From Balanoglossus misakiensis (Eukaryota > Animalia > Hemichordata), in contig CM082577.2 of assembly GCA_040954595.2 (NCBI GenBank), forward strand, positions 8,023,846-8,087,845: a stretch of DNA of 64,000 nucleotides, in the 5' to 3' direction. A program made the position numbers and the translations under genes. Positions within the stretch are counted from its first letter, which is position 1. Every line of letters starts with the position of its first letter. Below are positions 60,701 to 64,000 of this stretch, piece after piece. Under the pieces are notes generated by a model. It had not been told where the DNA came from. It searched no databases and saw only the letters and a list, made by a program, of their open reading frames with translations.

Positions 60701-63700
60701 CATTTCACAACATAGTCAGTCTTATTACGCACTCGTCAACGAATCTCATGGTCCAGTCAAATTCGTGTGGTAGAAGGATTATTTTCAGCGAGTATTCCCT
60801 AACTCTGTTATTGATGAGAGGTAATTTCCGTCCATTATATCTCTTATCCTGATGCATCCTCAATTAATCACCTTGGGAGAATTTCCATATGATGCGCACA
60901 CCATAGTAATTGAGCAATTATGAAAGTAACGCGTCTCAGTCAATTAACATCCACACTACATTACGATCGTCGACGAATCTCTAGGAACATCCTTTCGTAA
61001 TTTCCCAGCTGCTAGAAAAACATATTTGTGATTATCACACATTTGATTTTAAACATCCAGAACCCCTTTCACCATTGGCCCCGCTTTGAGTTCAAATTCA
61101 TGACGGCTCTGTGAGGGCACTAGACTTATACAATGGCGTTTTGAGTGAATGTCAAATGTCTACGTTCGTTTAAATAATAAAAAAGGAATTGTTAAATAAA
61201 GGTTAGAGAGCAATGCCCTTTAGGGCATATATCCATAAAGATAGAAGACCTTCAATTCATTAGGTCCTTTTAGCGTTACATTTATGTAGCTTGTAAAACA
61301 TTTATGTCAAGTGCGTAGCAACACGAAGCAGGCCTTGCTCGATCCTTCATGTATCTTTGAAGTGCTTTTTATGAGTCTCATCTTCCACATGGATACAATT
61401 AGCAGACGCAATATCATTTAAAAATCTGTAGCTACCGACAGCAGTAAAAGCTGAATGTATTTATGCTGTAGAAAGGTGATTCCCATTTGAATCAATAATT
61501 TATCATCGAATCCACTTTAGGAAGAGTAGTTTTGCATGTTACTTTCATTACTTTGATCAAAGTGTTTGACAAACACTGCAGGCTTACTACGTCACGATTT
61601 AAATGTTGAACCAATGGTTCTGACCGTCATCTTCTTAAAGCCACTGCGAGATACTAATTTGCACTTTGCGCAGTGATTGTGAGAAAGACAGTCGTGGCGG
61701 TAAATTCTTAACCATAAAGAGATCACGTTATTTGAAAAAAAAGCCTGGAAACACACGGATCAAAATGACACTGACTATGTCGGCTGCTGTGTAGGCCAAT
61801 GGTGTCAGATCTCGGTCTCAACGCCCCGCGATTTTCCGCCGCGGTCCTCACAGCTGCACGATTTTAGACTTCCGCTGTCGGTTCTCTGAAAAAAGGGTCA
61901 AGTCAACTCAAATAACGTCGGCATATCCTGTCCAGACTCCTAAATCGTCACTCCGCCCAGGGCCACAACAACTTCAGATGTCACATGAGCAGGTTGAACG
62001 ACAGAGCTACTTTCAGGACATACCACTGCATTCGAGAGGGGTGTTCAATGAGGACAGTTATAAGAGCGGGCGAGTTTGCTTCAAGGCTTATAGGGTTTGG
62101 CATATTGAATGCATGCATTTATTTTTTTCATTGGAGCTTTCTCTATGGAACACCGTAAATAAGCTTTTGGAAACCGAATTAACTCTAATTAATTTTAAAA
62201 TTTGAATGTATCCACCTTGGCCATTTATGCGAACGTTCGTATCCCACATAGTATACACACAGCCAAATTTTAACAGTTATTGGAGCTTTAGTGCATTATA
62301 ATATTTTACGGTAGACCTAGCTTTAGAAGGGACAGAAAACGCGTGATGCCAGCTGGCATCTACAAAAATTGCCCCGAAGCTTTGACAAACCATCACGTTG
62401 GATTCGTGGTTAAAGCGGGAATAAGGCACGAATTTGGCAGATTGTCTGGGCTATCCGGGCATATTCGTGACTGTGACAATAATCGTCGTAGGAAGAGACA
62501 GAAATACATTACATATAGGTGTAAGAATATATCAAAACCGAAAAGTGAATTACACCCCGAGCTGTAATGTGAATTTGCCTGACATTATGTCGTTCATCGA
62601 GGTGACCCCATACCTCATTTGGCGATACCCATCTGTTCTTCTTTAGGTAATGTAAGAAGTTTTGACACAAATATGTTAAACAAGCGTGTTGACGATTTAA
62701 AATGGCGTCAAGTTGGTATGCAGAAATTCTGCGAATTCTATGTCAATGGAAATATCGCAAATTTAAAATATAGGTGCTACACATTTCCCACAGAAAATAG
62801 ATACAGCTGAAAACCGTTTTGCCCTAAAGTGTACTGATACTGGGCGCAGCAGCGATAATTCGGAGAAGATTACCTTTAATGAAGCGTATTTTCCGTACCT
62901 TTTATTTGTCACACGTGAAAGTGCCTCCACTAAGAACATTTCCTTATTATTTCCTGGTGTGCATTGCACCATTGGCATATATAGTTCCTTGGAAATTGGA
63001 ACGCGGGTTTTCAAACGCATGTAACTGTACATCAGTTACAAATTATCTCTTAAGATACACAGGCTTCTGATCAAAAGAACTGCATGTTTTGACGTCACAT
63101 TTTCCAATGGTTGTTTGGATAAACAATCTCGTCACGTTCCTTTTGCGGGAAATTTCATTTATTGTACACCTTTCCCCTGACCTTTGAAAAGCGAATATCC
63201 ACTGTCGTACACGAAATTAGAAAATTAGAAAATCATTCGTTGCACATTGGAATAGTTCGGGGTATGAATGTCAGGATTCACATTGTGCTGCTTGAAAGCC
63301 ATGGGGGTGCACTGTATTATGGAAATAATTTTTAGCAATGGAAAACAAAAATACCATATTGATATGTTTGTTTATAGTTTACTAAATTAACTCCTGAAAG
63401 GTTCTGGCAAATTACAGAACAAGTTTTTGTCATCACAGGCAAGATGATAGTTATTAGTATTCCGATGACCAGTATTATTTGCCTTTTCAAAATGGCTGCT
63501 GCGTAGTTTGATTATCCATGTACTATATTGTAGAAACACTCCAAGAAGTTTAATTTGCTGGCGGATTTCTCATACTCACTTGATTGACCTGCAGCTTGTG
63601 CTTGGTTCTATAAGTGACTGAAATGTCTAGTAAATATATTCTCAGACTGGGATACAAAATACTATACATCTTCCTTAAAACATCTGTTTGCAAAACGTCA

Positions 63701-64000
63701 TCCTTAAGATAGTGGCTGTATTCATCAATCATCACGCACGGTGCCGTGTGCAAAAGACGCTCATCAATCACATACGATGGAGTACTAATTTCCGCGCCTA
63801 ATTCACAGGACGACGAGTACCTGTTTTGATTCCATCATTCTACAAATGATTAATTGGTGTACCTGGGGCATCCATTGATCTCGTACTAAATAAAACCTAT
63901 TGTCTGCAATATGGCTAATTTAATTTTCATATGAAAACACCTTGACCCACATACATGTATTCTTGAATTTAATGGAGAATGTTACATTTACTTTCGCGTC

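Overview
This is AT-rich, intron-containing animal genomic DNA. It looks like an invertebrate deuterostome, but the species cannot be established from the sequence. From left to right it holds: (1) the last three coding exons of cytosolic thymidine kinase TK1, with a 78-bp palindromic MITE in the putative 3' UTR; (2) an orphan gene for a predicted single-pass membrane protein (3007-4526); (3) a complete 17-exon, 888-aa GH31 lysosomal alpha-glucosidase (GAA-like, 5706-13802) with a TIR element in intron 3. The remaining ~50 kb is gene-poor. Its only convincing coding sequences are four highly diverged genes for small two-TM hairpin proteins (15021+, 22508+, 32854-, 57779-); three of them carry a PIRT/TMEM100-like glycine pattern. 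The same stretch has a decayed Ty3/gypsy LTR-gag fragment, many microsatellites, and recurrent CRE, RFX X-box and CTCF-like motifs. The best candidate for an undescribed system is the dispersed cluster of two-TM proteins, which may be ion-channel accessory subunits. All assignments come from manual reading; no database search was run.
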